In this document: positions 12,601-26,299 of the stretch, in pieces
Layout of the letters: every line of letters begins with the position of its first letter
Numbering within the stretch: the first letter of the stretch is position 1
NCBI RefSeq assembly: GCF_006345805.1
Contig: NC_043005.1
Location: 71,362,001-71,426,000 of the forward strand
Reading direction: 5' to 3'
DNA from: Octopus sinensis
Lineage: Eukaryota
Length of the DNA: 64,000 nucleotides
Notes under the pieces: generated by a model
Told to the model about the DNA's origin: nothing
The model's input: only the letters and a program-made list of their open reading frames with translations
Database searches by the model: none
Program-made: the position numbers and the translations under genes

Positions 12601-13674
12601 TCTTTCAAGGACTACAACATTAGCCAATGTGTTCTCTTTTTTAAGATAGTTGAATACAGTACGAGGAAGATATGGCATCTCTTTTTAGTAGCTCATTCAC
12701 TGGATCTGTTAATGTTTTCTCTGCCAATGTCATCTTACCAAAATTTCAAAATGAACATGAATCACATATTACTGACAAATGGTACTGGTGTAGCAGAAAT
12801 GATAAGTTAACTCGCTAAATTATCCTGTAATTCTATTATTTCAACCAGATTTTCAACATATAAAATGCATCGGGTAGTGAACAATGTTAATAAAGCAAGA
12901 TTATGCTAGCTGTAAATGGACCACATTACTGCAAACTATATCCTGTCATGTTCAGGTCATATAGAATCACCTTTATGTTCTTGCGGAGATTATTCAGAAA
13001 CTTTATAGTACTATATGGGAAAGCAAGACAGAGAGAGAGAGAGAGAGTGAGAGAGGAGGGACTTAGTGAGAGGGGTGAGAGAGGGCAGAGAAAATGAGAA
13101 AAAAAGTAGAGAAGAGGAGAGAATGAGAGGGAGAGGAAAGCGAGTGAGAGGGGTGAGAGACTGAGAGAAAAAAATGAGAGAGAAGAACTTGGTCCTCAAA
13201 AGGTTACTAAGTTTGGAAGTATGATTCATTCTCAGAGATTATGCTATTCAACAATAAGAACTTCTAATACGAAGAGGCTACAAAAGGATTTAACAACAGA
13301 AGCATGCAGTTATTCTTTGTACTTTTTTGCTTTTAGTTTTCATGCCTTTTGCTTTTTATTCTTTTATTCTTATATATAAAGGGTCTTATGGCCCTATTTT
13401 ACTCTGTCATAATCTTCTGATTTCATCCAATTTAATTTACATAAACATCACACACACAGAAATTTTTTCTTGCTGTCTCTCCCTTTTAGTCAACTCTCAA
13501 TCCTTTCTGTTGAAGAGCATAGACTTGAAATGTCAAAGACTTTTTCATTCCTCCTGAGCATCAAACTAACATCCCTGGTTGTTGTTCCCTCACCTGCCTT
13601 CATCTTTTGTTTTCTGTGAATTTGAATTGTATATATTATGTATGAATTATATATATATATGACGCATCGGATGT

Positions 13675-14020
13675 GGTGTGCAGGAGAGACATTTGCATTG
13701 GCATGGTCACATACTATGGATGGATGAGGAGAGATGTATGAAGAAATGCCACTCCCAAACAGTTGAAGGAATCTGGGATAGAGGTAGACCCAGAAAGACA
13801 TGGGATGAGGTGGTCAAGCATGACCTTCAAACATTGGGTTTCACAGAGGCAATGACAAAAGACTGATACCTCTGGAGATATGCTGTGATTGTGAATACTC
13901 GACAAATGAGGTGAGTTCATGGCTCACAGAACGGCCTGCTATGCTTACCTTGGATCGTAGGGTGACCTGCTGTGCTTGAGGAGACCTATTGAGTCAAATA
14001 CATTAACATCAAATTAAAAT
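13675..14020 (+). mobile_element. RTE LINE 3' end
   Basis: ERHLHWHGHILWM..GIWDRGRPRKTWDEVVKHDL motif. Confidence 0.85.
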
Positions 14021-14290
14021 TCAAATGGAAATTGTAGTTGTGATATCTGTTCCGGTGGCACGTAAAAAACACCATCCAAACGTGGCAGATGCCAGTGCTG
14101 CTGGACTGGCATGTAAAAAGCACCCACTACACTCACGGAGTGGTTGGCATTAGGAAGGGCATCCAGCTGTAGAAACACTGCCAGATCAGACTGGAGCTTG
14201 GTGCAGCTTCCTGGCTTCCCAGACCCCGGTTGAACTGTCCAAGCCATGCTAGCATGGAAAACGGACGTCAAACAATGATGATGATGATGA
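14020..14290 (+). mobile_element. SINE-like family B
   Basis: ggttggcattaggaagggcatccagctgtagaaa core and (GAT)n tail. Confidence 0.8.
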
Positions 14291-15435
14291 TATATCTGTG
14301 TGTGTGTATGTGTACATGTATATATATGTATGTGTGTGTTTGTATATATATGTATGTGTGTGTATGTATATATATGTATGTGTGTGTATGTATATATATG
14401 TATGTATGTGTGCATAAACACACACATGCACACACATACACACAACAGGTTTCCTCACAGTTTTCAGCTACCAAATCTACTCACAAGGTATTGGTCAGCT
14501 CAGGGCTATAGCAGGAGACACTTGCCCAAGGTGACACACAGTGAGACTGAAACCCTAAACTTAGGGTGCAAAGGGACCTTCTTAACCACACAACCATGCT
14601 TGTGCCTTTGTCTCTATATTTTTTTTTTTAAATACATAAATATATTTCTGTATATTGAATTTAACAAATAAAAACAAAAGGTTACTTCAATGACAATAAT
14701 TCTCTTAATATATACTGACAATGTGCTTCATTTAGTTTTCGGTATAACAAAGAATTTGGAGTAGTCTAGCTAAATAACTTTTTCATTACTAAGTTGGTGT
14801 CTCGAACATAAGTTAACAAAAGGTTTCTAAGATAAAATTATGATTAAACATCTAAATTTAACACTTTCATCCCTGATACATGTGAAACCATTTCTAATCT
14901 TAGATGAAAATTTCATTATTACCTGACAGGTAATATTAGATGTCAGCAAGTAAACATGTCTTTTATTAAGTTGAAAGTTAGTTATTTACTTAAAGTGCTA
15001 ATAATTCTTGACTCTGTTGAATATTAAAACACAATGGCAGAATTATTTTTGTTAGGAATATGGTTACAAGGTGTTTTAAATATGGACTTTTTTAAAATAG
15101 ATGGTTTTTATTTTGTAGAATTAAGATGTAAGGCATAAAGTTGAGAAGTTCGCTTCTCTACTAATGGTTTTAGGTTGTCTTCAGGTTCAGTCTCGCTGTA
15201 TGACACCTTTGGTAAATATCTTCTACTATAACCCCAAGATGTCCAAAGCTTTGAGATTGAATTTGGTAGTAAATTAATCCTGAAAGAATCCTTCATATGT
15301 GTGTGCATGCATGTATGGGTGTGGGTGCATGTGCATAGGTGTGCATGTGTGCATATGCATGCATGTGTGCATTTGTATGTATGTATGTGTGCAGGTGTGT
15401 ATATATGTGTCTGTATGCATTTGTGTGCATATGAA

Positions 15436-15752
15436 GGCACGTGGCTTAGTGGTTATGGTATTTGGATCATGACTTAAAGGTGTAAGTTCAATCCCTGGTG
15501 ATGCATTGAGTCCATGAGCAAGACACTTTATTTCACATTTCTCCAGTTCACTCAGCTGACAAAAATGAATGGTACCCATAATGCAGATAGTCATATTCTG
15601 TGTCACACTGAATTGACCTGAGAACTAAATTAAGGGCATTCATGTCTGTGGAGTGCTCAGCCAGTTTCCTGTTAATGTCATGAGCAGGCTGTTCTGTTGA
15701 TTGGACCAACAGGAATGGAACCCACATTGTCATAACTGATGGAGTGCCCCCA
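15436..15752 (+). mobile_element. SINE family D, degenerate
   Basis: tggcttagtggtt A box, gttcaatccc B box, ctccagttcactcagctg core, tail like the copy at 41900. Confidence 0.7.
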
Positions 15753-16619
15753 ACATAGCTTGACAAATGATGCTGGTGTGTTTACGTCCCAGTTCAGCAA
15801 AATAGACCGATAGAATAAGTCCTAGGGTCGATTTGCTCAACTAAAGGTGGTGCTCCAGCACGGCCACAGTCAAATGACAGAAACAAGTAAAAAAGTAAAA
15901 GAGTAAAAGAGTAATACATAACCCCCCACACACACAGCTAAACATAAGCCCACACACACACACAGAGCTAAACATAACGCACATACATAAGCACACGCAC
16001 ACAGCTAAATAAAATGCACATACATAACCACACACATACACACACATGCAGCTAAATATAATGCACATACATAACAACATACACAAATGCATCTAAACAT
16101 AGTGCATATATATAACCACATATACAAGCAAAACAACAAGCACACACACAAAAACACATACACACACACAAAAACACATACACACACACAGAAGTATAAA
16201 CCTAAACACAAACATAAACAAATACATACACACACACACATATGCCTAAACAAAACACATACTGACAAACAATCACACATTTGGTGCACTCTCAAAGCCA
16301 CAAACATAAAGAAGAAACATGCCAAAAATAAACATAGGCAAAAACAAATCAATAAACACATAAACACAACAATAAACAATAATATAAACATTGCAATAAA
16401 TAATAAAAAAACAACCGTAAAAAAGTAGATGAATTGTACGAAAATATAATATGTTAACAAACCACGAGTATTTAGCTTGTATTTAATGCCACAATGAAAA
16501 CAAAATCATTATTTCTGTAACATGGTATCTAAATTGAGTTTTAATGTGCGTTGGACATACTTCTGTTTTGTATTTGCGAAACGGCTTGTGATATATGTGT
16601 GTGTGTGTGTGTGTGTTGG

Positions 16620-16660
16620 TGTATCTGTGTGCATGTGTGATTGTATGTGATCATGTGTGA

Positions 16661-16716
<56 letters not shown>

Positions 16717-16811
16717 GTGAAAGGGAGAGAGAGAGAAGTGGGGTCTCTCAGATTGTGGCAAAATATAAGATGTCAAAAATTGATCTCTTCAGGACTTTCG
16801 TTCTCTGTATG

Positions 16812-16843
<32 letters not shown>

Positions 16844-16948
16844 TACATATAATATATACATATATATAATATATATATATACATATATACATATATATAT
16901 ATATACATATATACATATATATATAATATATATATATAGATATACATA

Positions 16949-16979
<31 letters not shown>

Positions 16980-16987
16980 CATATAAT

Positions 16988-17038
<51 letters not shown>

Positions 17039-17590
17039 CCTATATACATATAATATATATATATACATACATACATGCATGCATGCTTACATGCATACAT
17101 CTGTGTAATGTATATAATACATACATATAATTATATGAACATACATGCAAAAATACATACATATATATATATATATTAATGTATGGGTTCGTGTGTGTGT
17201 GCGTGCGTGCATGTGTATATGGAGAGAGGTAGAGAGAGATGTATCGACATATAGAGTGAGAGGGACAGAGAAAGAGGAAGAGAAAGTGATGGCAAAGCAC
17301 AGGAGTTGTGTTTATATAAGCGTGTGAATCTGTAAGCATATATGTAAGCATGTAAATATTATGCAAGTTAATATGTATGTATGTATGCGTTGGTTGTGTA
17401 TGTGTGTGTATGTGTGCGTATAGTACTGTGGATTTGTTAGAAAAGTATCACCATGTAAATATATGGTCAGATAGATATTGATTGATATCTAGTCATATTA
17501 ATGTGTGTGTATATGTGCGTGTGTATATATATATATATATATATATGCATATATATATGTATATATATGTATATATATATGTATATATAC

Positions 17591-17627
<37 letters not shown>

Positions 17628-17680
17628 CAGATAAATAGACAGATAGATACATATATATACATATGCACACACACACACAC

Positions 17681-17720
<40 letters not shown>
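16620..17720. repeat. Compound microsatellite block (TG)n/(TA)n/(TACA)n
   Basis: Direct inspection. Confidence 0.95.
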
Positions 17721-17728
<8 letters not shown>

Positions 17729-17918
17729 TATGTGTGTAAAATCTGAGTAATTTCCTGACATGGTCACAACTTGTGGCTGAAACCAGCAAATAAATATATA
17801 AAAAAATGATGCATATTTACATGATACATACTCATATATGCAAATATATTCATCTATACATGTACATATATACACACATATATATACATTCAAAAGTTAT
17901 ACAACCATACATACATAT

Positions 17919-17964
<46 letters not shown>

Positions 17965-18289
17965 GCACACACATGCTCACATATGTATATATGTGTATAT
18001 GTATATGTACATATGTGTGTATATATATATTTATTTATTTACACATACACACATATTCACACATAAGTATATAAAGTATATCTATGCTGTTCTTATGCGA
18101 CCTAATGGGATTTAAATGTTTCAGCTGCAATCTCGATCATATTTCTTGTAAACATCAAATTTGACACTGGAAATCATTTATTTGTTTATTTCATCGATAT
18201 TGGAAACAATATATTTACACTTTAATGCACCTTTACCTCATAAATATCTCTCCATGTGAACACTGGCACACACACACACACACACACAC

Positions 18290-18330
<41 letters not shown>

Positions 18331-18830
18331 TATATATGTATATATATGTATACATATATGTATATATATATATATATAATATATATACATATTTATATAT
18401 ATGTATTTATGTGAGTGTATGTATACATATATGTATACTCATTTTTATGTGTGTATGTTTACGTGTTGCTGTATTTGTGAGATAGCACAGCATTAAATAT
18501 AGTGAATGTTTATATTATTACAGGTTTGTCTATCTGTATGCATATTTCTGTATAAGTGTGTATACAGGTGTAATTTTGTGTATATATCTATGAGTATTTC
18601 TATATATGTCTTGGTCTAAATCTGTATATGCGTAAAAATATTCTATAAACATATGTGTGTGTGTGTGTGTGTTTTCACATATATGTTTATGTGTGAATGT
18701 TTCCAAATGAGTTACATGTTTTCTTTAAAAATATGCCATGGCAAACCACATAACTTATGCATTTTTAATAATTTCTAGTGAAGCTTCTTTTGAGCTCTTA
18801 TAAATTTGTATGCCTTCATCAATCACTATA

Positions 18831-19300
18831 TCATCATCAACATCGTTTAATGTCTGTTTTCCATGCTAGCATGGGTTGGACGAATGACTGAGGGCTGGCG
18901 AACCAGGTGGCTGCACCAGGCTTCAATTTTGATCTGGCAGAGTTTCTACAGCTTGATGCCTTTCCTAATGCCAACCACTCCGAGAGTGTAGTGGGTACTT
19001 TTACGTGCCACCGGCACGGGGCCAGTCAGCCAGTACTGACAACGACTTTGCTCAAATCTTTTACACATGCCACCAGCACGGAGGCCAGATAGCCGCTCCG
19101 GCAATGATCATGCTTGGATGGTGCTCTTTAAGGCAACGCTGGTAACAATCACACTTGAATGGTGCCTTTTACGTGCCACTGGCGCGGAAGCCGGTTAGCC
19201 GCTCTGTCAATGGTCACACTCGTATGGTACTCTTTGCACCCCGCTAGCACGGACATCAGTCATCGAATCTGATTTTAATTTTAATTTTTGATTTCACTTG
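18831..19300 (-). mobile_element. SINE-like family B
   Basis: (CAT)n, conserved core and internal repeats. Confidence 0.8.
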
Positions 19301-19431
19301 CCTCAACAGACCTTTGCAAGCAGAGTTTTAATGTCCAAAGAAGGAAAAGGTACGCATAAATGGGCTGGATATATATATATATGCATATATATATATATAT
19401 ATACGTATGCATATACTTTTACTTTTTTTTT

Positions 19432-19646
19432 TACTTTTTACTTGTTTCAGTCATTTGACTGTGGCCATACTGGAGCACCACCTTTAGTCGAGCAAATCGA
19501 CCTCAGGATTTATTCTTTGCAAGCCTTGTACTTATTCTATTGGTCTCTTTTGAATGAACCGCTAAGTTACGGGGATGTAAACACACCAGCATTGGTTGTC
19601 AAGTGATGTTGGGGAGACAAACACAGACACACAAACATATACACAC

Positions 19647-19691
<45 letters not shown>

Positions 19692-19857
19692 TACAATGGG
19701 CTTCTTTCAGTTTCCATCTCCCAAATCCACTCACAAGGCTTTGGTCGTCCCGAGGCTATAGTAGAAGACACTTGCCCAAGGTGCCACGCAGTGAGACTGA
19801 ACCCGGAACCATGCGGTTAGTAAACAGCTACTTACCTCACAGCCACTCCTACGCCTA
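19432..19857 (-). mobile_element. tRNA-derived SINE family A, full length
   Basis: Tail ttacttgtttcagtcatttgactgtggcc to head ...acagccactcctacgcctat; about 15 related copies in the window. Confidence 0.9.
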
Positions 19858-19874
19858 TGTATATATATCTAGGG

Positions 19875-20105
19875 CACTGAGCAGGCAGAATTATTTGCAT
19901 GCTGGGTGAAATGCTTAATGCTATTTCGTCTTGTCTTTACATTCTGCGTTCAAATTCCGCCAAGGTTGACTTTGCTTTCCATCCTTTCAGAGTCAATTAA
20001 ATAAGTACCAGTTATGCACTCGGATCGATGTAATTGACTTAATCCCTTCATCTGTCCTTGTTTGTTCCCTCTATGTTTAACCCCCTGTGAGTAATAAATA
20101 AATAT
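19875..20105 (+). mobile_element. SINE family C
   Basis: gttcaaattccgccaaggttgactttgctttccatcctttc...aagtaccagtt. Confidence 0.75.
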
Positions 20106-20196
20106 AATATAACCTAGGTTGACCAAAACAATGTGATTAAATTTGAAACATAGAAACTGAAAGAAGTCTGTTACATAGGTGTGTGTGCGTGGGGTA

Positions 20197-21410
20197 CAAG
20201 GGTGGGATGAAAAGTTTATAGGTTGACTATGAGGGAGTGATGCTAGCATGGTGAAAGTTTGGAGGCATAAATTTCAACATTTCTTGTTAATGACTGCCTT
20301 GTTTGTCTCCAGGTAAACTGACATCTGACAGTTCAAAGAACACTTCAAAAGTAACTAGTAGTAATGTCTCTTGAAAATGGACAAAAGTTGGCATCATGGT
20401 GTTATCAAATACCTGCAGTAAAATGGTTTGGCCCCCAATGACATTCCTGCTGACATTGTTCCTACATTAGGGGATGATGCTCCTGCTTTGTTAACAGAGC
20501 AAAAAGTGGGCAGCTGAAGGAGGGGAAGGGAAAGTCTTGAAGATGACCCAAGGTCTAGACGTTCTGCAACTGCCATCCCCAAAGAAAACATTGGTCATGT
20601 TCACTACATGCAGATGAATGACAGGCAATTGGCTATAAATCAAATAGTGAATACTATTAGCATATCCTGTGATAGAGCTGAGAATATTCTGTCCAATGAA
20701 CTTGGCATGATGAAGGTTTCTATTCAGCAGGTGCCACATCTTCTGACACCTGACTGAAAGTGCACCAGACTCATCACATCACAAAAAAATTTGTCATTGT
20801 TTCGGGCAGGTCCAGCTGGTTTCATTGAGTGTTTCCTAAGCTAGGATGAGTGTCAGCTTCATCATTTTGAGTGAAAGACAGAGAGACAATCCATGCATTG
20901 GAAATACTCTTCGTCACTTACTCCAAAGAAGGCGGAGGTCATTGCATCTGCAGGGAAGGTGATGACTTCACACTTTTGGGATGCAAAAGATATTGTGTTC
21001 ATTGACTGTCTTCAAAAGGGCCACACTATCAATAGAGAGTACTATGCCAACTTGCTGAGGCAGTTATGAAAGGCTATCAAGACCAAACGCCCAGGAAAAC
21101 TGATGAAAGGGATCTTGTGTCAACAGGACAATGCTCCAGCACTCAATCCTTGGGTTCAATGGCTGTTGTGCATGACTGTGGCTCTCAACTGATTGATCAG
21201 CCTCTGTATTCTCATGATTTCAGCCCATCTGACGATCATCTATTCCTCAGTATGAAAAAACCCCACTTGAATGGGAATTAGTATAGCAGTGATGATGATG
21301 ATATCATATCTACTGTTGATGACGTTTTTGATCTACAGGAAGAAAGCATCTTCACCAATGGCATCCAAACATTGCAGCACAGGTGGGAGAATACTCAAGC
21401 AATAAAATAA
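20197..21410 (+). mobile_element. Near full-length degenerate mariner transposon
   Basis: TA+caagggtgggatgaaaagtt terminus; frameshifted transposase with RRGRESLEDDPRS, VPHLLT, QSMHWK, FWDAKDIVFIDCLQKGHTINREYYANLL, QDNAP. Confidence 0.9.
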
Positions 21411-21577
21411 CCTAAAATTTACATTTGTAGAAATACAGTGAACTGTCCTCTGTATAATAAATACTTCAAAAGAATGTTGATGTATGTAACAGACATTTTA
21501 AACACCTTACTGAAATTTAATATGATATTTATGTTTAATTCATTGCACATTTACTCATTCAGGTATACATAGGAAGT

Positions 21578-21800
21578 GGAGATGTGTGGCTTAGAGGTTA
21601 AACTGTTGAGCTCATGATTGCAAAATTGTGGTTTGATTCCCAGATGGGTGATGTGTTGTATTCTTGAGTAAAACATTTCCTTTTACATTGCTTCCGTCCA
21701 CTTAGCTGATAAAAATGAGTAACCCTGTGATGGACCAGCATCACATCCAGGTGTGTTTATTATATGCCACAGAAATCATGAAATTAACCTTATGAATCTT
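21578..21800 (+). mobile_element. SINE family D, degenerate
   Basis: tggcttagagg A-box-like, gtttgattccc B-box-like, gtccacttagctgataaaaatgagta core. Confidence 0.7.
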
Positions 21801-22859
21801 TATGACTCATGAAAGAGCTTCACCCATTTTTTAAATCCCTAGATAGAAACACAACCCCCACCTGGGTGTCAAAGTTTATCTGGAACCTAAAGGACTATTG
21901 TATTGATAACCCTGCTATTAGGTGAACCATTGCCATTAAGGTAAGCAAATAGACCAGACAAGGCATCAAATAAAACTTATGTATTTCTGTTTTGTTCGAC
22001 TTTGTCAGTAGAATGTACCCACTGGCATTTACACACTAAGACAAAATCCATTGCCATTGATATAGGAAAACAATGACTGAAAAACCACTGATGTTACAAT
22101 TACTGTGGTTAACAATGAGTACAGGGTATTGACAAAGCCTAATGAGCCAAAATACACATCTGGCACTCTCGCTGCCACAGTTGGATAGCTTCCATCTGGT
22201 ACTGATGCATTTGTGTTTTGAAACTCAGTATGTCCGTAAGGGATATTATCTCCAGACAAGTACCGCAGTTGATATCTGCTGTTCATAATGTATAGTAGGA
22301 TACACAGATGGCTATTGTAATTTAATGCTACTTCTGTTGCACACTGAGATTTATATACACACACACACATACACACACACGCACACACACACACATGCTC
22401 ACATATACATACACACGCACACTCACTCACAGAAATGCATATAGGCAGAGCATTTAACCAAAGAAACCTTGTCAAAGCAGACAGCAGAGCTTGGCATAGT
22501 CCTCTGGCTTGCCAGCAATTGTCAAATCCTCCAAACCATGCCAGCATGGAATGCAGATACTGAATGATGATAATGATGGGGATATATGCACACACACACA
22601 CACACAGGCACATGCACACACACACACACACACACGCATGGTTCTAATTTGTACATAAAACAGGAAAAAAGAAAGAACAGCGACAGGTGAGATAACAACA
22701 AACAATATGTATTAGTGTGACGTTCAGAAACAATGGCAAACTCTTTGACATTTTAAGCCTACACTCTACGACAGAAAAGAATGAGGAGAGAAAAACAGAC
22801 AGAGAGACGAAAAAAATAGAGAGAGAAAATAACGTGTTTGGATTAATATTTGCACAAGT

Positions 22860-23221
22860 TGAATGGAAATTGTAGTTGTGATACTCATGCCAGTGGCATG
22901 TAAAAAGCACCATCTGAATGTGGCCAATCCCAGCGCTGCCTTGATAGGCTTCTGTGCCAGTGGCACGTAAAAAGCACCATCCGAGAGTGGCCGTTCACCA
23001 GCTTCCTCTGGCCCCTGGGCCGGTGGCACATAAAAATAACCCACTACATTCACAAAGTGGTTGGCATTAGGAAGGGCATCCAGCTGTAGAAACACTACCA
23101 GATCAGACTGGAGCCCGATGCAGCCTCCTAGCTGTCCAGACCCCAGTCAAACCATCCAACCCATGCTAGCATGGAAAACGGACGTTAAACGATCATGATG
23201 ATGATGAGGCTGATGATGATG

Positions 23222-23222
<1 letters not shown>
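22860..23222 (+). mobile_element. SINE-like family B
   Basis: Internal repeats, conserved core, (GAT)n tail. Confidence 0.85.
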
Positions 23223-23254
<32 letters not shown>

Positions 23255-23328
23255 TAAATATACTTTTGGTGTGAATTCTTTTGTTATATGGCGCCAAATT
23301 TTACAATCTTGTAAATAATGATAATGGT

Positions 23329-23528
23329 ATTTATATAAGCTTAAAGCTTATAGCAACCACCGTGCTATGACAAAGGAAAATAGTCTAATAATGGGGCATA
23401 GAAGCCCTCAAGTCCCACGTGGATGGGAAAGCCTACATTTTTCTGTTGAAGGCTTATATGCCCCTTTATTAGACTATTTTCCTTAGTCCTTACACGGTGA
23501 TTGCAATAAGCTTTAAGCTTATATAAAT
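23329..23528. repeat. Palindromic cassette of about 200 bp with about 72-bp arms
   Basis: atttatataagcttaaagcttat...aatagtctaataatggggcata is matched in reverse complement at the right end. Confidence 0.85.
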
Positions 23529-23543
23529 ATCATATATATATAT

Positions 23544-23646
<103 letters not shown>

Positions 23647-24100
23647 TATATATATATATATATTTATATATATACACATATGTATATACATGCACACACA
23701 TATATATATACATAGCTATTTAAAATATATACAATGGGCTTCTTTCAGTTTCCATCTAAGAAACTCATTCACAAGGCCTTGGTTGGCCATAGGCTATAGT
23801 AGAAGACACTTGCCCAAGGTGTCACACAGTGGGACTGAACTCAGAAGCATGTAGTTGGTAAGCAAGCTACTTACCACACAGCTACTCCTGACACAATGTT
23901 AGAAATAAGATGGCTTTAAACATCATCATCACCATTGTTGTTTTAACATCCACTTTGCCATGCTTACGTGGGTTGGACAGAATTTGTTCAGGCAGATTTT
24001 CTTAGGCCAGAAGCCCTTCTTGCCAACCCTCACCTTTTTTCCAAGCAAGATGATGTTTCCCTACAGGCAGACATGTGGAAAACATGTCAGCCTGTAGGGA

Positions 24101-24334
24101 AGGCGGCGAGCTGGCAGAATCGTTAGCACGCCAGGCGAAATACTTAGCGGTATTTCGTCTGCCATTACATTCTCAGTTCAAATTCCACTAAGGTCGACTT
24201 TGCCTTTCATCCTTTTGGGGTCAATAAATTAAGTACCAGTTACGCACTGGGGTCGATGTAATTGACTTAATCCCTTTGTCTGTCCTTGTTTGTCCCCTCT
24301 ATGTTTAGCCCCTTGTGGGCAATAAAGAAATAAG
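24101..24334 (+). mobile_element. SINE family C, full length
   Basis: ggcggcgagctggcagaatcgttagc head to aaagaaata tail; central gtcgactttgcctttcatcc...aagtaccag domain resembles the Meta-type SINE domain (inference). Confidence 0.88.
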
Positions 24335-24596
24335 ACATGTTTTCCACAGAAGACTGGAAACAAAACAAAACCCATTGTATGATGGTGACATTCATTTACA
24401 ATTGTCGCTCAATGCTGAAGCAAGAAGACACCAACTCACACACATACAAATAGGTTTTGTGTCTTGGGTGGATCATTATGCCAGTACATTTGTTTAATTG
24501 GTGCAATGACCCTCCCAAGCCACAACAAGATTTTGTTTCAACACACGTATTCACAACAAGAATCTTGCAAACCACATACAAAAGCAATATATATAT

Positions 24597-24650
<54 letters not shown>

Positions 24651-24781
24651 AAGGTGAGTTCAATTAAAGGTTATATATACATGTACACACACACACACAG
24701 ACATACACACACATACACACATGTATATGTGATAAAAAAGACAAGGTAGAAAATGCTAAAATAATTTTATAAAAAACGTTT

Positions 24782-24817
24782 AAGTACCAGTTTCAGTCAT
24801 TGAGACTTTTTCAACTG
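24782..24817 (-). ncRNA. Minimal type-I hammerhead motif, U3:A8 variant, partly decayed
   Basis: Minus strand CAG-UUGAAAA-AGUC-ucaau-GACU-GAAA-CUGG-UA-CUU. Confidence 0.6.
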
Positions 24818-25217
24818 TAATTATGGAAAACAATTAAATTTTGGAAAAATTAAAAGAAAAGCTATGGAGATGTACTTGCATAGCAAGTGATCTGATCTGA
24901 GATCGTGTGCTGGAATGAAAACAATTGCAGCCTGGAAGGTGTTTATAAGCCATTTAAGAAACACACAAAAACCGTTAGATTCACTTCAGCATTTAAATTT
25001 AATTTGCCAAAATATATTCATCACTTTGAGACTGCGACCTGTTCACTGACAAAATTCCGTGCTGCATCTCTTCAAAAAGAAAAGTTTTGTAGAAGAAAAG
25101 TTTTTTAAAAGAATATTTGCATAGTGTTCGAATACAAGGGGCATTTTCCTTGTTCCTGCCTGTTTCTGTCTCTCTTGTTTACTCTTGTGGGTTCAAGGTC
25201 GTTGTGGGTTGGAGGTC

Positions 25218-25253
<36 letters not shown>

Positions 25254-25257
<4 letters not shown>

Positions 25258-25568
25258 GTGAGTTCAATTAGAGGTTATAGAAACCATCTAAGGGACATTT
25301 GTATCCAATGAATTATTGGTTTATTACCTGTGTGAGTATGGGTATTAGTATTAATGTTCATAAATGATAGGTAAGAAAAGGAATAAACTGAAGTTTATCT
25401 TTATTTAAGGAAATAGAAGAAAATGGAAATAAAATTGATAATTGATAACATCAATTATTATCTATTATTTATTTTTATTATTTATTGATCACAAAAATAA
25501 TAATTACATAAATAATAATTGATGTTTATCAATTATGAATTTTATCTCCATTTTCTTAATTTTTCTTT

Positions 25569-25601
<33 letters not shown>

Positions 25602-25910
25602 AAGGTGAGTTCAATTAGAGGTTATAGAAACCATCTAAGGGACATTTGTATCCAATGAATTATTGGTTTATTACCTGTGTGAGTATGGGTATTAGTATTA
25701 ATGTTCATAAATGATAGGTAAGAAAAGGAATAAACTGAAGTTTATCTTTATTTAAGGAAATAGAAGAAAATGGAAATAAAATTGATAATTGATAACATCA
25801 ATTATTATCTATTATTTATTTTTATTATTTATTGATCACAAAAATAATAATTACATAAATAATAATTGATGTTTATCAATTATGAATTTTATCTCCATTT
25901 TCTTAATTTT

Positions 25911-25941
<31 letters not shown>
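25254..25941. repeat. Tandem duplication with 347-bp period, units bounded by (TA)n
   Basis: aaaggtgagttcaattagagg starts at both 25254 and 25601; the unique parts look identical by eye. Confidence 0.92.
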
Positions 25942-25946
<5 letters not shown>

Positions 25947-25995
25947 AAACAAGTCAAAAATAGAAAATGCTAAGATAATTTTATAGTGAATCTTT

Positions 25996-26033
25996 CAGTA
26001 CCGGTTTCGGTCATTTTGAGACCTTTTCAACTG
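25996..26033 (-). ncRNA. Minimal type-I hammerhead ribozyme motif, U3:A8 variant
   Basis: Minus strand CAG-UUGAAAA-GGUC-ucaaaau-GACC-GAAA-CCGG-UA-CUG. Confidence 0.72.
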
Positions 26034-26299
26034 TAACGATTAAATGATTAAATTTAGAAAAATTAGAAGAAAAGTTTTTTTAAAGGAATATTTCTATAGT
26101 AGTGTTCAGATATAAGTGGCATTCTGCCTTTCTCTGACTCCCTTGTTTGCACTTGTGTGTTCATTTTCTCGAACACACAAGTGCAAACAAGGGAGTCAGA
26201 GAAAGGCAGAATGCCACTTATATCTGAACACTACTATAGAAATATTCCTTTAAAAAAACTTTTCTTCTAATTTTTCTAAATTTAATTATTTAATCGTTA

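Noticed and set aside
12660-12830. Coding exon (YEEDMASLFSSSFTGSVNVFSANVILPKFQNEHESHITDKWYWCSRNDKLTR)
   Set aside because: Two overlapping frames are similarly open, the acceptor is weak, there is no convincing donor and no recognisable homology
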